Assembly (NCBI GenBank): GCA_025201805.1
Contig: MU619245.1
Coordinates: forward strand, 192,697-256,696
DNA length: 64,000 bases
Direction of reading: 5' to 3'
Origin: Parasitella parasitica NRRL 2501
Lineage: Eukaryota > Fungi > Mucoromycota
The notes under the pieces are model-generated. The model made no database searches. It had not been told where the DNA came from and saw only the letters and a list, made by a program, of their open reading frames with translations. The stretch's first letter is position 1. Each line of letters starts with the position of its first letter. This document shows, in pieces, positions 38,048 to 51,500 of this stretch. A program made the position numbers and the translations under genes.

Positions 38048-38971
38048 ATGGAGCCAGAACCATCCACTCTTATGTCGCAACTAGATTTGCAGACGTTAGT
38101 CATCAGTATGCAGAAGGATATTTCTGTTCACCGTACCGCCCTGGAAGAGTTGAACACTCTTAAAAGTGCCATTTTAGATCTGAAAAACAAAAATTTTTCT
38201 TTGACTCAAGAAAATGCCAGTCTTCGTCAACAGATTGCCGATCTTACTGCTTCCCCTTCAGCTGTCAAACATAACCCAGCTTCCTTTGCAACCAATCAGC
38301 AGCCGCAGCACAGCAAGGCAGCAACTGGCACCCCCAAGACCACCTCCACTTGGACTGAAATTGTCCAGAAGAAGCACAGATCAAGAAAGATCAAAGCTCC
38401 CTCTGAGGTGACTGAAAAGCACCGTCAGGCTATTACCCGTGGCTTTAATGCCCAAGCAGACGGACCTAAGGGCTATGAATGCCTTTATATCAACCGTTCT
38501 CGCCGCTTCACCAGAACTGAAGTTCGCAACAACTTGCACCTCATCGGTGCAGAGGCATCTCGCATCATTGATGTTACCTTCCCCGCTCGCAACGTTATTG
38601 GCATTCTGATCCATGTCCAATACAAGGAAACCCTTCTGGACCTGTTGTCCAAGAACAAAGTTGCAGTTGTGGCCAACTTTGACCCTGTTGACCCGCAGCA
38701 CGTTGCTGATCCCAAGTACCGTGAGCTCTCAATCTCAAAGCGCGAGGATATTGCCTTTGAGTTGCAGATCAAGCGCTGCACACAGTCCCTCCGTTACTTG
38801 GCATCTCGCCGTTCCCGTCTCTTTGCCTCTGTCGCTGCTTACTTTCAGACTGCAGGTTGGATTACCTCTGAAGACATTGAAGCCTTGGCCCCTGAGGAGG
38901 GTCTCTTTGGCTACCGTCGCCCCGTGGATGGCGATGCTGCCATGCATGACTCCGAAGTGGAAATGTTATAA
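38048..38971 (+). CDS. LINE ORF1 (coiled coil + putative RNA-binding domain)
   Basis: Heptad-rich N-terminus (LEELNTLKSAILDLKNKNFSLTQENASLRQQIADL), basic linker and a globular C-half. Lies directly before the EN-RT ORF. Confidence 0.8.
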   Translation: MEPEPSTLMSQLDLQTLVISMQKDISVHRTALEELNTLKSAILDLKNKNFSLTQENASLRQQIADLTASPSAVKHNPASFATNQQPQHSKAATGTPKTTSTWTEIVQKKHRSRKIKAPSEVTEKHRQAITRGFNAQADGPKGYECLYINRSRRFTRTEVRNNLHLIGAEASRIIDVTFPARNVIGILIHVQYKETLLDLLSKNKVAVVANFDPVDPQHVADPKYRELSISKREDIAFELQIKRCTQSLRYLASRRSRLFASVAAYFQTAGWITSEDIEALAPEEGLFGYRRPVDGDAAMHDSEVEML

Positions 38972-41900
38972 TGATTGAGTGTGAACTCAATCATTATAAC
39001 CCAACCATGTCTCCCAACATCACTGCTACAACTACTACTACTCCAACTACATTCCTTAATAACAATAATCCTACAACTCCTCCCGGCCTTTCGGCCACCA
39101 TCATTAATAGCGCCTCCCTCACCCCACTCACAATTGGTCTCTGGAACGCTCGCGGTCTTAGAGACACAACAATTGATGATGTCCTCCGATACTGCCAATC
39201 CTTTTCAGTTCTCTTTATTACGGAAACATGGCTACATCGTCTTCCGGTCCATATACCCACAACCTGGCAGCAATTCCACTTGCCTGGAATTCCTGTCGCT
39301 GGTGGCGGTCGAGGCTCAAGAGGCATTTCTTGCCTGATCAACCCCTCTTGCCCTCTTACCGCGTTCCAAACACCTCTGCCCTCTGCCTTGCATGAATTCG
39401 CACTTGGGATTCAACTGGGTCGTGAGCTTCGGCTCATCTGCCTGTATATACCGCCTGAACAGGCTGGTCTCTATACAGCTGAGGTCTCTGCTATCTTGAA
39501 TGCGATCCCTCTGGATCACGATACTATTATCTGCGGTGATCTTAACGCTAGAATGGGTGCATTTGTTGGTGATTATGCCACCAATTCCCGTGGCAACCTT
39601 TTGCAAGAATACTGTGCTGACAACGAGTTAAATGTTCTGAACTGCCAGTTAGCCCACGGCACACCTACTCTAGAGGATCGTCGTCGTGGGCAGAATGTAA
39701 GTAGCATTGTCGATTACTACATTACGAATGTAGCGTCATTGTCTTCTGCCTCTCTGGGTACCTCATCTTTATCTCTTTCATCCCCAAAAATTAGTATTTG
39801 CTCTGATTTGTCCCTGGGATCTGACCACAAACTGATGTCGTTGTCTTTTGACTATCACTCTGTTGACGCTGCTCCTCCTCGACAAGTGACTTCCTCACCT
39901 CGGATCCTCTGGAAGCTCTCTCGTCTGCAGGAACTGGACATCCACAACCTATATGTTCAAAAGTTTGAATCTTTGTCGGCGCCTCTGTTGGCGAAATTGA
40001 TCGCCCTTGTCAATTCCCCTCCCGATACCATGCCTCCCATTGACTCCCTCAACAGCCAGCTGAATCAATGCATTTACGATGCCCTCGATGCCTCGGCCAC
40101 GCGCCAGACACAGCGCTCATCTAACTGGAAAAAGTTCTGGACGCCTGATCTTCAACGGCTAGCAGATCATCGCGAATCGATGTATCGCCGATACCGTCAT
40201 TGTCCACGTTCCCTCGACAAGGCGTATTTTTGGCAACAGCATCAACAAGCTCATCAACAATTCAAACAGGCNNNNNNNNNNNNNNNNNNNNNNNNNNNNN
40301 NNNNNNNNNNNNNNNNNNNNNNNNNNNNNNNNNNNNNNNNNNNNNNNNNNNNNNNNNNNNNNNNNNNNNNNNNNNNNNNNNNNNNNNNNNNNNNNNNNNN
40401 NNNNNNNNNNNNNNNNNNNNNNNNNNNNNNNNNNNNNNNNNNNNNNNNNNNNNNNNNNNNNNNNNNNNNNNNNNNNNNNNNNNNNNNNNNNNNNNNNNNN
40501 NNNNNNNNNNNNNNNNNNNNNNNNNNNNNNNNNNNNNNNNNNNNNNNNNNNNNNNNNNNNNNNNNNNNNNNNNNNNNNNNNNNNNNNNNNNNNNNNNNNN
40601 NNNNNNNNNNNNNNNNNNNNNNNNNNNNNNNNNNNNNNNNNNNNNNNNNNNNNNNNNNNNNNNNNNNNNNNNNNNNNNNNNNNNNNNNNNNNNNNNNNNN
40701 NNNNNNNNNNNNNNNNNNNNNNNNNNNNNNNNNNNNNNNNNNNNNNNNNNNNNNNNNNNNNNNNNNNNNNNNNNNNNNNNNNNNNNNNNNNNNNNNNNNN
40801 NNNNNNNNNNNNNNNNNNNNNNNNNNNNNNNNNNNNNNNNNNNNNNNNNNNNNNNNNNNNNNNNNNNNNNNNNNNNNNNNNNNNNNNNNNNNNNNNNNNN
40901 NNNNNNNNNNNNNNNNNNNNNNNNNNNNNNNNNNNNNNNNNNNNNNNNNNNNNNNNNNNNNNNNNNNNNNNNNNNNNNNNNNNNNNNNNNNNNNNNNNNN
41001 NNNNNNNNNNNNNNNNNNNNNNNNNNNNNNNNNNNNNNNNNNNNNNNNNNNNNNNNNNNNNNNNNNNNNNNNNNNNNNNNNNNNNNNNNNNNNNNNNNNN
41101 NNNNNNNNNNNNNNNNNNNNNNNNNNNNNNNNNNNNNNNNNNNNNNNNNNNNNNNNNNNNNNNNNNNNNNNNNNNNNNNNNNNNNNNNNNNNNNNNNNNN
41201 NNNNNNNNNNNNNNNNNNNNNTACCACTGGCCCACTGTCTGCTTCTTGGATATTAAAAGTGCGTACGACGTTGTCGATCGGCGTGTGATCTGGCAATCCA
41301 TGCTGTCGGCTAATGCTCCAATACCAGTCGTTTCCTTGCTCTCAAATCTGTTTGATGATGTGTCGATCTCGGTTCTGAACCAAAACTGCGTATCTGATGA
41401 ACTTTCCCTTGGCACCGGATTGCTTCAAGGATCCAGTTTGAGTCCACATCTCTTCAGTATTTTTATCAATTCGTTGCCTGCGATGTTGCGCCAAGCCGCC
41501 ACTGCCTCAACGACGAGGGTTTTGTCCACCTCTGCTGCTTCTGCTCCCGCTCCACTTTGGTCACCTCTCCCTGCTGGGTCCCCTAATAGCATTCCCATCA
41601 ACTCTTTATTGTATGCTGATGATGTTGCTATTATCGGATCAGCTCGTGAAGTTAAGCATATGCTCGAGCTTGCTGAATCCCATTCTCTGTCGCTTGGTTA
41701 CCGTTGGGCCCCTGCCAAATGCGCGTTGATCAACCCGCCATCACCGACTTCATCGACCTATGTAGACCTATGTCTATATGGTGAGTCCCTGCCTGTAGTC
41801 GATGAGTTTGTTTACCTGGGTGTTCCCTTTGACCGCAAGGGCATCTGCTCGTCGTCCATGGTCAAGAAATGTCAGCGTGGCGCCCTGGCTTCTATGTCGC

Positions 41901-42796
41901 AACTCAATGCCATTGGATGCAATCGCTCTGGTTTTCCTCTGTTGTTTTCCACAAAACTGTACTCCTGCTTTGTTCGCCCAAAGCTTGAATATGGTTTAGG
42001 TATTACGCAGTTGAAACTTGCTGATTTCCGCGCTTTGGAGAAAATTCAAGATACCTGCCTGCGCATGATCTTTGGTGGTCATCGCGCTGCCTCTACAATG
42101 GTGTTCCGGCATCTGACAAATCTGCCGTTGATGAAGCAACGTGCTGCGATACTCGTGTCGCAGTATTGTTTGCGTTCCCAGTTCCTGCCCGAAGATGGTT
42201 TGATTTCTCTGCTGTCAGCCTCACTCTCGCATTCTTCTTTGTATCAGTTGAAAAAGCAAAAGATGGCAACCCGCGCTTTGGACGAAGTTCCCGTGGCAAA
42301 TAAAGGCCAACTGAAAAAATGGTTTTTCGAGCAACGACAAGACTGGCATTCCGAGTTCCTGGAGAAGACTGATAAAGTCCTGATACGTGCCTGCCTTCCT
42401 ACCATTGGTGTTGACCCTGTCATGTATGTTCCTGCCAGTAGACCATGCCGTAGCCGACTTGTTCGGTACCGCATGGGCTGGCTACCTGGTAAACCTCGAC
42501 CTTGTGTCTGCAACACGGATCACACCTCTCGCCGTCATCTTGACGAATGCCCCTCTCTCCCGCCTCTCTTGATTTCGTCCTTGCCAACACCACCAGATTC
42601 TTTTCATGGTACAATTATTGACCATGCACTGAATCTGCTGCCGACCTCCCCCTCCTCCTCCAACTGTCCACCCTGGTGGACTGATCTCTGTACTCTTCTT
42701 TGGCATTTCGACCAACTTTGTAATCCTGATGGGGATTACACAACGGATCCTCCGCCTGGACAATTGTGGGCTTCCCCGGCCTTACAAACGTCCTAA
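38971..42796 (+). CDS. LINE ORF2: APE-type endonuclease, reverse transcriptase, C-terminal Cys/His knuckle (interrupted by an assembly gap 40272-41221)
   Basis: EN motifs WNARGL, ITETW, GDLNAR, SIVDY and SDHK. RT motifs FLDIKSAYD, GLLQGSSLSP, LLYADD and YLGV. Knuckle CVC...HLDEC. Confidence 0.92.
40272..41221. other. Assembly gap (about 950 N) inside the LINE
   Basis: N run. Smaller gaps occur near 10374, 24643, 46909 and 54532. Confidence 0.99.
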
Positions 42797-44729
42797 TACT
42801 TTCCTGATCTATGGTGAACCGGCTGTGATTTGCTCCCTCTGTTTGTCCCTCCACTGCTACAATCTTTTTTCTATGCACGATGCGAGGGCATCCATGTTGT
42901 CATTGACCTTCCTTATTAGCCATATGCATCCCCTCCACCACCCTGACCATCCTAGATGTCATCGTTGGTCTGAGATATCTTTTGCTTCCTTTTTTTCTTT
43001 TCGGACATAGTTCCTGATCCCAACTTTTTGTTTCCCAATGCTTGCAATAATGATCAAAAGATCGAATGCAATATAGCATTTGTTTTATTAATTCTTCATT
43101 TCATATTAATAAACATCCTAAATTTTCGCCTGAGCTACATCCCCAATGCCTATATAAGGGAGACCATTTACCTGTCCATATTCTGACTGTCAAAAATAGC
43201 ACCCTATACACACACTTTTACCTTATTTGGAAATAAATTTACTATAAAGGGAACCTCTCATTATGTAAGCTAAACGCTTGAGCGACCTTGAGCTATTTCT
43301 GATTATTGCATGAAAAAGCATTAAAATAATTGTGTTGAAATTTATATTGTTTTATATAACTTGCACACATAATTGGATTAGTATAATATTCTACTCAAAC
43401 AAGAAAATCTATTGCTCTTTAGCTCTTAGCTAATAAAATAATAATATTCAACATTACATTTGTAGTTGTCCAATTTGTTTTGTACAATATCAGCTTCAAA
43501 ATTTACAATGTCTCAATGCAACATACCAAATGTCGAACGAGCTTTCTCTTTACATGTTATTTTTATTGATCAACTTTCAATTCAAACGAAAAATTCATGT
43601 AACTTTCAAGACTCTATCCTAGTAAAAATAAAAGACAAACCAGGTGTAAATCAAGCATGAGATGAGTAATGATGAACTTGTTGGTACTGTACACATATCA
43701 CACTAGCTTTAAAGGGCAAAGAGTCACAGGTAAGTTAACAAGGGGCATAATCCATCCAGGTACAATAGCTTTTGTTCCCATCTAATACCGTATCTCATAA
43801 TATGGCTTTATTTGTTCCAGTCATCGTTGGGCTCCCGATTGGATACTTTACATGGGCCAAAGTGTTTGACAGTGTTGACAGCGGCGTATATCAAATTACT
43901 CAAAAGTTCTCCAGCGCAAAACAAGGTATTAAATAGCCACGTGCAGTCTCTCGCCTGCTCACAAGTATACATTAGATGGCAATAGCAACATATCAGCAAA
44001 GCCTCCGAATTCCAAAATTGCAGGAAGTCTAGGTACTTTAGTGTCAGTTGGTCTACTGAGCAAAGCGACATTCACACCTCGAACTAGACATCGATTATTT
44101 TTTGCTAAAGCGCCACCCAACAGCAACATTCGGATCATAACATTGAAAATGGGGATTAACTTGTTGATTAGATCAGGCATTGTGTTTTATGGTGGTGCAT
44201 CTGGGGGTGCTGTGGCAGGTCGATTAGTAGCCTCATTCTTCTAACTTGGTAATCGTGCGATAAATATACCTCTTGATATAACAATGTATCCATCGAATTG
44301 AATACAGAGCAATCAACTTCTTTTTTTTAATGAACCATCTCCCAAATTCGTGTATCTGATAATGCGAGCCGCCGAAACTCATAATATTATACGACGTGCA
44401 AAAAATCAATGTTTGATGCATACAAGAAAGCTTTGACAGGACATGCTAGATTAAATCAGCCCAAAAAGTGTGTATCATTCATGAAGGTTCTAACAATATG
44501 TTTTAAATTAAAGTATTTGATATTTTATTATAAACGAATCAGTCTATATTTATTTTACAAGGATGTATTTTGATCAAGAAAAAAATGCAAAAAGGAAAAA
44601 ACCAACAGAAACAAGATACTATGTGCAAATGGATATGTAGATGTGAGAATGCTTGAATTTACAATGTGAGAAATGTGTATAATGAAAACTGCAATGACGA
44701 TTAGAGGATAACAATAAATCAAAAAAGCT

Positions 44730-44944
44730 TCAAGCAGCAGGGGCAGCAAAACCAGACACCCAGCCAAGAGGATGCGAGTCGCTATGAGTCCAGCAACCCG
44801 TGGCGTTATCAACCCGTTGTATGATCTCAACAGCTGATGCATTCTCGAGACAATAACGTAACAATAGTTGACGAAGACGCTGATAAGAATTTCTGCAGCC
44901 GGCCTATTTTAATTGTGTTAACAGAGTGATACCAATGATACAAG

Positions 44945-44982
<38 letters not shown>

Positions 44983-46863
44983 TACAGTGGCAGCACGCTC
45001 AAACCATTTTAATGCTTCTTCCAGGTCAACAGGAGTGCCTAAACCTTTCTCGTAGCACAATGCCAAGTGATACTGTGCAGCCACCTGATCTTGTTGCGCA
45101 CTGAGACGAAAGTAATGCACAGCCAGTTCAAAGTTTTGGCGACATCCGATACCAGCTTGAAGATGGACGCCAAGTTTATCTTGAGCACGAGCATGATTCT
45201 GTTGAGCTGCTCTACGGTACCAGTAAATTGCTTTTTTAGGGTTTTCAGGAACCCCAATGCCACTTGCATAACAGAACCCAAGATTGCATTGAGCCCATGG
45301 ATTGTTTTGCTTGGCAGCTTTCATATACCAGTAGCAAGCAAATTTCGAATCTTTTTTAACACCCAATCCTTCTTCATAACAGAAACCAAGAGAATTTTGA
45401 GCTAGTGGATTACCTTGTAATGCAGAAAGATGGAACCATTTACAAGCTTCTTCTTCATTCTTCTCCACGCCCATGCCATTACGGAAACAAAAGCCCAGAG
45501 AGAGTTGAGCAGGCGCATGATTCTGTTTAGCACTGCGGAAGTACCAATAACAACTTTCTCTAAGGTTCACCTGAACACCAAGACCATTTTGATAGCAATA
45601 ACCTAGAGAGTGATAAGCAAACATGTTACCCTGGTTTGCTGATCTCTTGTACCAAGCGACAGCCATCTGCAAATTTTTGGCGACGCCAATACCATTTTGA
45701 TAGCAAAAGCCCAAATTATGTTGAGCGCGAGCATGTCCTTGACGAGCGGCCTGTTCATACCAATACGCACCTTTGACAGTGTCTTTTTCAGCACCAATAC
45801 CGTTTTGATAACAATAGCCCAAATTGCACTGAGCCCAAGGGTAACCTTGTTCAGCAGATTGACGATACCAGCTCGACGCAATAGTTTTATCCTGGGAAAC
45901 CCCAATGCCATCTTCATAGCAGTAGCCCAGCGAGTTTTGAGCAAATGCGTTTCCTTGCTCAGCAGCCATTCTGTAGAATTTGACAGCCTCAGCGTGATTT
46001 TTGACAACACCGATGCCATCCTCAAAACAGTACCCAATATTATAAATAGCTACGGTTTCTCCTTGAGCAGCAGCACGACGATAGTATTCCATTGCAGTTT
46101 GTTCAGACTTCTTAACGCCAAAGCCTTCACCGTAGCAATAGCCCAAGATGCCTTGTCCTCTACAGTTTCCTTGATCTGCGCTCCTCTTATACCAAAGAAA
46201 GGCATTGTGCTCATCTTTTGGAACCCCAATTCCGTCATGATAGCAAACACCCAGACAATACTGGCTTGCAGAACAGCGATCTTGTTCAGCAGCAAGACGT
46301 ATCCACTCGATTGCGTCAGGACCCACATTCTGTATCTTTGCTTCCCAATATTCTGCTTCTACGCGATTGATTTGAACGCCAGGACGACCATACTTTCGAA
46401 GGAAAGCTAATCGTGTCATGCCCATTAGCGTTGCTTTGTCGAGCTGTGATTCATCCACGGTATCTTTTGTCAAGGCGGTTTTAACAGACATAACGTAATA
46501 GCGCCCTGCCAGTTGAAAATTGAGTGAAATGCCGAGTCCAAACTCATAGCAAAAGCCCAATATGGCCTGGGCTCCAGAATGGTGATTAGCAGCTGCTTCT
46601 TGGAGACAAGAAACAGCGTAGCTTTCGTCTTTTGTTTGGCCATTGCGACCAAACAAGTAGATCTGCGCTAATTCGAACAATTCATCATATGCAATGCGAG
46701 ATGAGATAGATGAACTACGCGGATGGGCTGATTTATTCAATATCAAAGCTCGTTCAGCGACTGCCAGGTTCTTGCTTTGCGACTGACGTAGTAGATTTTT
46801 TCTATTGAATTTTGATAGTATGCGTCGTGAAGTAAGCACAATGTGTGAAAAAGTAGTTGCCAT
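44730..46863 (-). CDS. SEL1-like repeat protein (about 15 repeats; Skt5/Chs4 chitin-synthase-activator-like superfamily)
   Basis: Repeated AQxxLGxCYxxGxGVxK...A..WY..AAxQG units. Start MATTFSH at 46863. One 3' intron, last exon ends GFAAPAA-TGA at 44730. Confidence 0.9.
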
Positions 46864-46918
46864 AGCAGACGTCGAAATGATATAAGGAGTAAAAGAAAGA
46901 CAGGGCAANNNNNNNNNN

Positions 46919-47010
<92 letters not shown>
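46919..47010. repeat. Long poly(dA:dT) tract (about 92 bp) upstream of the SEL1 gene
   Basis: A run adjoining an N gap, so the true length is unreliable. Confidence 0.7.
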
Positions 47011-47012
<2 letters not shown>

Positions 47013-48543
47013 AAACTCGCAGGTACTTATATACAATGCTCATCTCCAACAGCGATCATTGATTTCTACTCGACTTCCCCTTAATTCTCTCGATAACAAT
47101 AATATTAGTGTTTGTTTGCCAAAGCATGGTTTTTGTCCCTCGTAAAATTAAATCTCCTCAAATTTTATTGCCTAAAGAGCTATCATGTGGGAACACACGG
47201 TGATTCTTGTGCAATACATAACGGAGTGGGCTATTCCGAACAAACTACGAGTCATATCATGCTACATGTCAATTTTGCCATTGTCTGCACCTAACAAGTG
47301 AACCCTTCAACCTGTACGATTGGTTCAAGGCACAGAAAGGAGTGAGTGTTTGTTTGTTATTGTTATCTGATTGTATTCGTTTGTCTAAACATGAATTCTC
47401 TCAAATGGACATCATCATGTCTAGTTGCTTGTAACTATATATTCATGATACTAAATGGCACAATAATGACCGTGCGCACCAATTCAAATCATTACTATTA
47501 TAACATGATCTTTATACATTGCAACCTATGATTTTCGTATAACTTCGGAATACGCGTCTCCATAACTGTCCAACGTTTCACGCTTTTATGGAATTAAGAA
47601 AATATTTGCTCACATATTGTCGTTCTGAAAACAAAAAATCTGCAACTACTATTTTTAGCGACTGGCTCAATATCATATCGACAATTGGTTGTGTATTGAG
47701 GGAGGTGGTTAAACTGACATGCTGTTCGTACAATAATCACGTTTCAACTTGGGCTTCGTATTGTTGTAGTGTGGTATGACAAACAAGTGTTGTTCTGGAA
47801 AAAAAACCTGTTCATGAGTACGACAGCCCCTTCTGAATTTTACACTTTTATCGAGATGTTTTATGAAGTGGTATATGTTACACGGCGTGATTATATGCAA
47901 AATATAAGTCTCCTTGCAATTTGAAATATTTCATTGATTCCATTTCATCTGAGAGATGAAGACGTGAATTGCATTTCAGATGAAAAGAAAACCAGAGGCA
48001 ATTATATATGCTATAGATTGGAAGATTGAAACGTTGAAAGGAGAGGCACCGAGTTGTTTGTTATTTAATGTAGTAACCGGAAATAATGATCCCGAACATG
48101 TATTCGACAAGAAAGAAATTTTGTAGATCGCAACTGATAATGGGCAAAATGTTTGCCAGTATCATGCCAACCTTTTTATAAAATAGCCTCATGGACCTAT
48201 TTAATAGGAAACCATGTCAATTGATATATCGTTCTCGATAAGAGATTTTTTAACACACTGGGGATAATGTAAGGCCAAAGATTGACGCATTCACCCCTTG
48301 TAGGCCCCATCTGTTTTCTTATTTTTATCGTACACTAGATTGGCAACTAAAAGGGTCTACAAAGTTACACATATGATATGCACATCTGTCAATAAGCTCT
48401 GCTAGTGGTATTTGTTTCAGAAAGTGTTGTTTTAATGTCTAACCTGAGGATTTTGGCGTACAGTACACTGTTTCCCCTTTGAGATCTCGTCTTTTAATGA
48501 AAAGCCAGAAAACTTTTATTATATATACAGTGCAGGACGGACA

Positions 48544-51500
48544 CTACATAATACCTATAAGCTCATGCTTTTTTTTGGCCAGAGCAACAAGAGTCTCATA
48601 TTCTCCTGAATTTTCACACATCTTGCTGAATATCGAGTTCGGTGTATTTAAAAGATCTAAAGGGCTTGCAAACTCTGCAATTTCACCTTGATCAAGCACC
48701 AATATCTTGTCATACTCTATCACAGTACGAAGACGATGAGCAATACACAAAATGGTACAGTCTGCAAATTCGGTTGCAATGGTCTTTTGAATAGCTTCAT
48801 CTGTTTCGAAATCAACGCTTGCTGTCGCCTCATCCATGAGGACAATACGGTTTCTTTTTAGTAACGCACGAGCAAGACAAAGCAGCTGTCTCTGACCTTG
48901 GGAAAAGTTATGTCCTCCCTCGCTCACTGGAGACTCCAGGTCAGCAAACACATTTGAAGTTAAATCTTCTGCATGGTGGCTATCGCCCTGCTCTGGTACA
49001 TCCACATCTTCGTCTGAGGGTAATAACTCTACTCGTTTTAACGCTGCCATAATGCTTTCTTCATCAAATTCTTGGAAAGGGTCAAGATTGGATCGAAGAG
49101 TTCCTGAAAATAACACGGGATCTTGTGGTATAATTGTGATGTTACCACGAAGATCTTCTGTTCCGATTTGACAAATATCAATACCATCAATAAGAATAGT
49201 TCCTTCTGTAGGTTCTACAAATCTAAAAAAAGACAGTGCCAAAGTGGATTTACCACTGCCTGTTCTACCGACGACGCCAACTTTCTCTTTGGATTTTAAC
49301 GCAAATGTAAGGTCTTTCAAAACAAAGTCCAAGTCTGGAGCGTAACGCACTTTGAGATTTTGGACATCGATTCTACCCTCAACTGGCCACTAGTGGGAAA
49401 TAGATTCAGTGTGATGTTGCGAAATAGCGTCCCGGGTGCTCTACTTACATGCGGAGGAGGTCTCAAAGCTGTAGTTGCTGGTGATTCTTGTTCGATTTCC
49501 ATAAACTCTACCACTCGTTCAACAGCATTAAAGCTCATTTCTACACGAGTATATCGTTTGATAGCCATTGTCATCTATAAACGCGCAGGTTAAGCTTTAA
49601 TAAAATAAAAAATAAAAAAATCATGCACACACTAAAAGTTTACCTGAGTTGTATAAGATAAGACAAAGCTCAAACAAAAGCCTGCTAAAGAAGCGTCCAT
49701 GTAGCTCAAGCTCAACAAAATGAATACACCGGTGCAAAAATTGACAGCAGCCCCGAGGAAAGAAAATCTGACGCCTACCCACCTATTTGCAATCTAATGC
49801 AAGAACCACATTAAACAGGAATCACTGAAAAAATACATTTCTATCTTTTACCCAAACGTAATAGAATGGCCTAGCATTTGCATCCACTCTACGTAACATT
49901 TCATTCATAAACTGTCGAGTTACTCCGTAAGCACGAATGGTTGCCACACCAACCAGAGTTTCACCAAAATGAGTGAAAAGAGGAGATCGAGTAACAGAAT
50001 CCATACGACGAAGCTCTCTGGACGCGGCACTGAATCGCTTTCCGATAATAACGTTCAAAAATGTCACTAGCGCCATAGGAATCACAAATGCAGGAAGCAC
50101 AATACATACTGTCATGATGGCAGAGATTATGACCAGCCACTGAATCAAGAAATACATCAAATCGTTGGGCACCCCAGAATCAATAAATTCGAAATCTTTC
50201 GAAAAACGGTTGAGGATGCGACCAATAGGCGTTGTGTCGAAGAACCGCATGGGAGCACGCAAGACCCGCCTCAAAAGTTGCTGATATAGGTTTTTGCTAG
50301 CCCTTAACGTACCGTAATACAGCGAAGCAAATCGGCCAGCACCCACTACGATGTTGGTCATAGTAATCAATATGTAGATGGTCAGGTACATATCTAATTG
50401 ATCACTTCCCTCGGTAGAAAATAATCCAAAGCCTCGGCTGTGAGAAGCAGGTTTAAATGTTGCAGCTTCGCCATCAATCGATGTCTTTTTGAGTGATGAT
50501 ACTTGTTGCTGTATAAAGAAATACTGTGCCTTTTGAATTACACTGATGGCCGTATTGACAATGTTTTTTACTTCATTCGATGCAACCCACTTTTTGATCC
50601 ACCAACTCTCTGCTACATCCAATGCTCGAGAACCAAAGACAAATGCAAATACAATAATCCAGTATACAGAGCCACCCAAAGCACGAAAGTATAGCTTGTA
50701 CAATCGAAGCTTAATATGACCAACATTTCGAGCTTTTTTTTTTTTTTTTAAAAAAAACCAAAAATCTTAGTTAATGTTATAGCACTTGCTTCAAGACTTA
50801 CTTTCTTCCTTAATCAGCACTTTTGGTCCTGCGTTATCACTAGGTCTCTTGACATCAGCAGGTTTCACAAGCTCTGGATCAAGCTGCTGGGCTTCTTCTT
50901 CAATGGTGTCTTCCTGATCTTCGTCTGTAGGTGCTACTACGTCATCTAAAATGGATTCCAGTTTCCCTTCTGCTTCAAGTTCTTCAGGTGATCCGCATAG
51001 ATTAATGCGACCATTTTCGATATGAATGACATAGGATGCTTCATGGACACATAGTCCAACATGGTGTGTAATCAGAATACGAGTACGGCCCTCCATCAAT
51101 GGACCAACCAAGCACTTGTCATGCAAATGTCTAGCAGTATGAGCTGTATATAGAAAATCAGTAAAAGTACAAGTCATGTAAGTTGATGATTTATATATAC
51201 CGTCCACAGCACTGAGAACATCATCTAGCAACACATTTCTGGCTCTTGAGTATACAGCTCTAGCCAGAGCAACGCGAGCCCTTTGGCCGCCAGACAGAGT
51301 AATGCCCTTTTCACCTACTTCTGTAAGATCTCCATCTTCCATGTTATCCATGTCCTTGTCCAAAGCACAAGCATACAGTGTTTCCTTGTAGCGCTTTTCG
51401 ATAAAAGGCAACCCAAACAGAATATTATCACGGATAGACGCATTTCGAAGCCAGGCATTTTGAGAAACATACGCAACCGCATGATCTAAAATCCAATCTT

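Larger units (their letters stand above)
37979..43165 (+). mobile_element. Non-LTR (LINE) retrotransposon, two ORFs, APE endonuclease + RT. Outer boundaries are tentative.
   Basis: Intronless C-rich block with ORF1 38048-38971 and ORF2 38971-42796. Boundaries come from a weak candidate 10-bp direct repeat ATTTACCTGT (37969-37978 and 43166-43175). Confidence 0.9.

Noticed and set aside
40159-41415. Long poly-X ORFs on both strands
   Set aside because: Artefacts of the N gap.
37979-43165. LINE as a marker of a centromere (Grem-LINE1-type pericentric region of Mucor)
   Set aside because: It is a single element in gene-dense sequence with no long gene-free, repeat-rich flanks. I cannot assign it to that family without a phylogeny.
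45039-46410. Antisense and alternate-frame ORFs over SEL1, hmgA, RasGEF, LIN1 and the LINE
   Set aside because: Shadow ORFs of real coding sequence with no recognisable motifs.
46864-47049. Poly-Phe N-terminal extension of the SEL1 protein (similarly LIN1 16465-16587)
   Set aside because: These are translations of poly-T promoter/leader tracts. The real starts are downstream ATGs.
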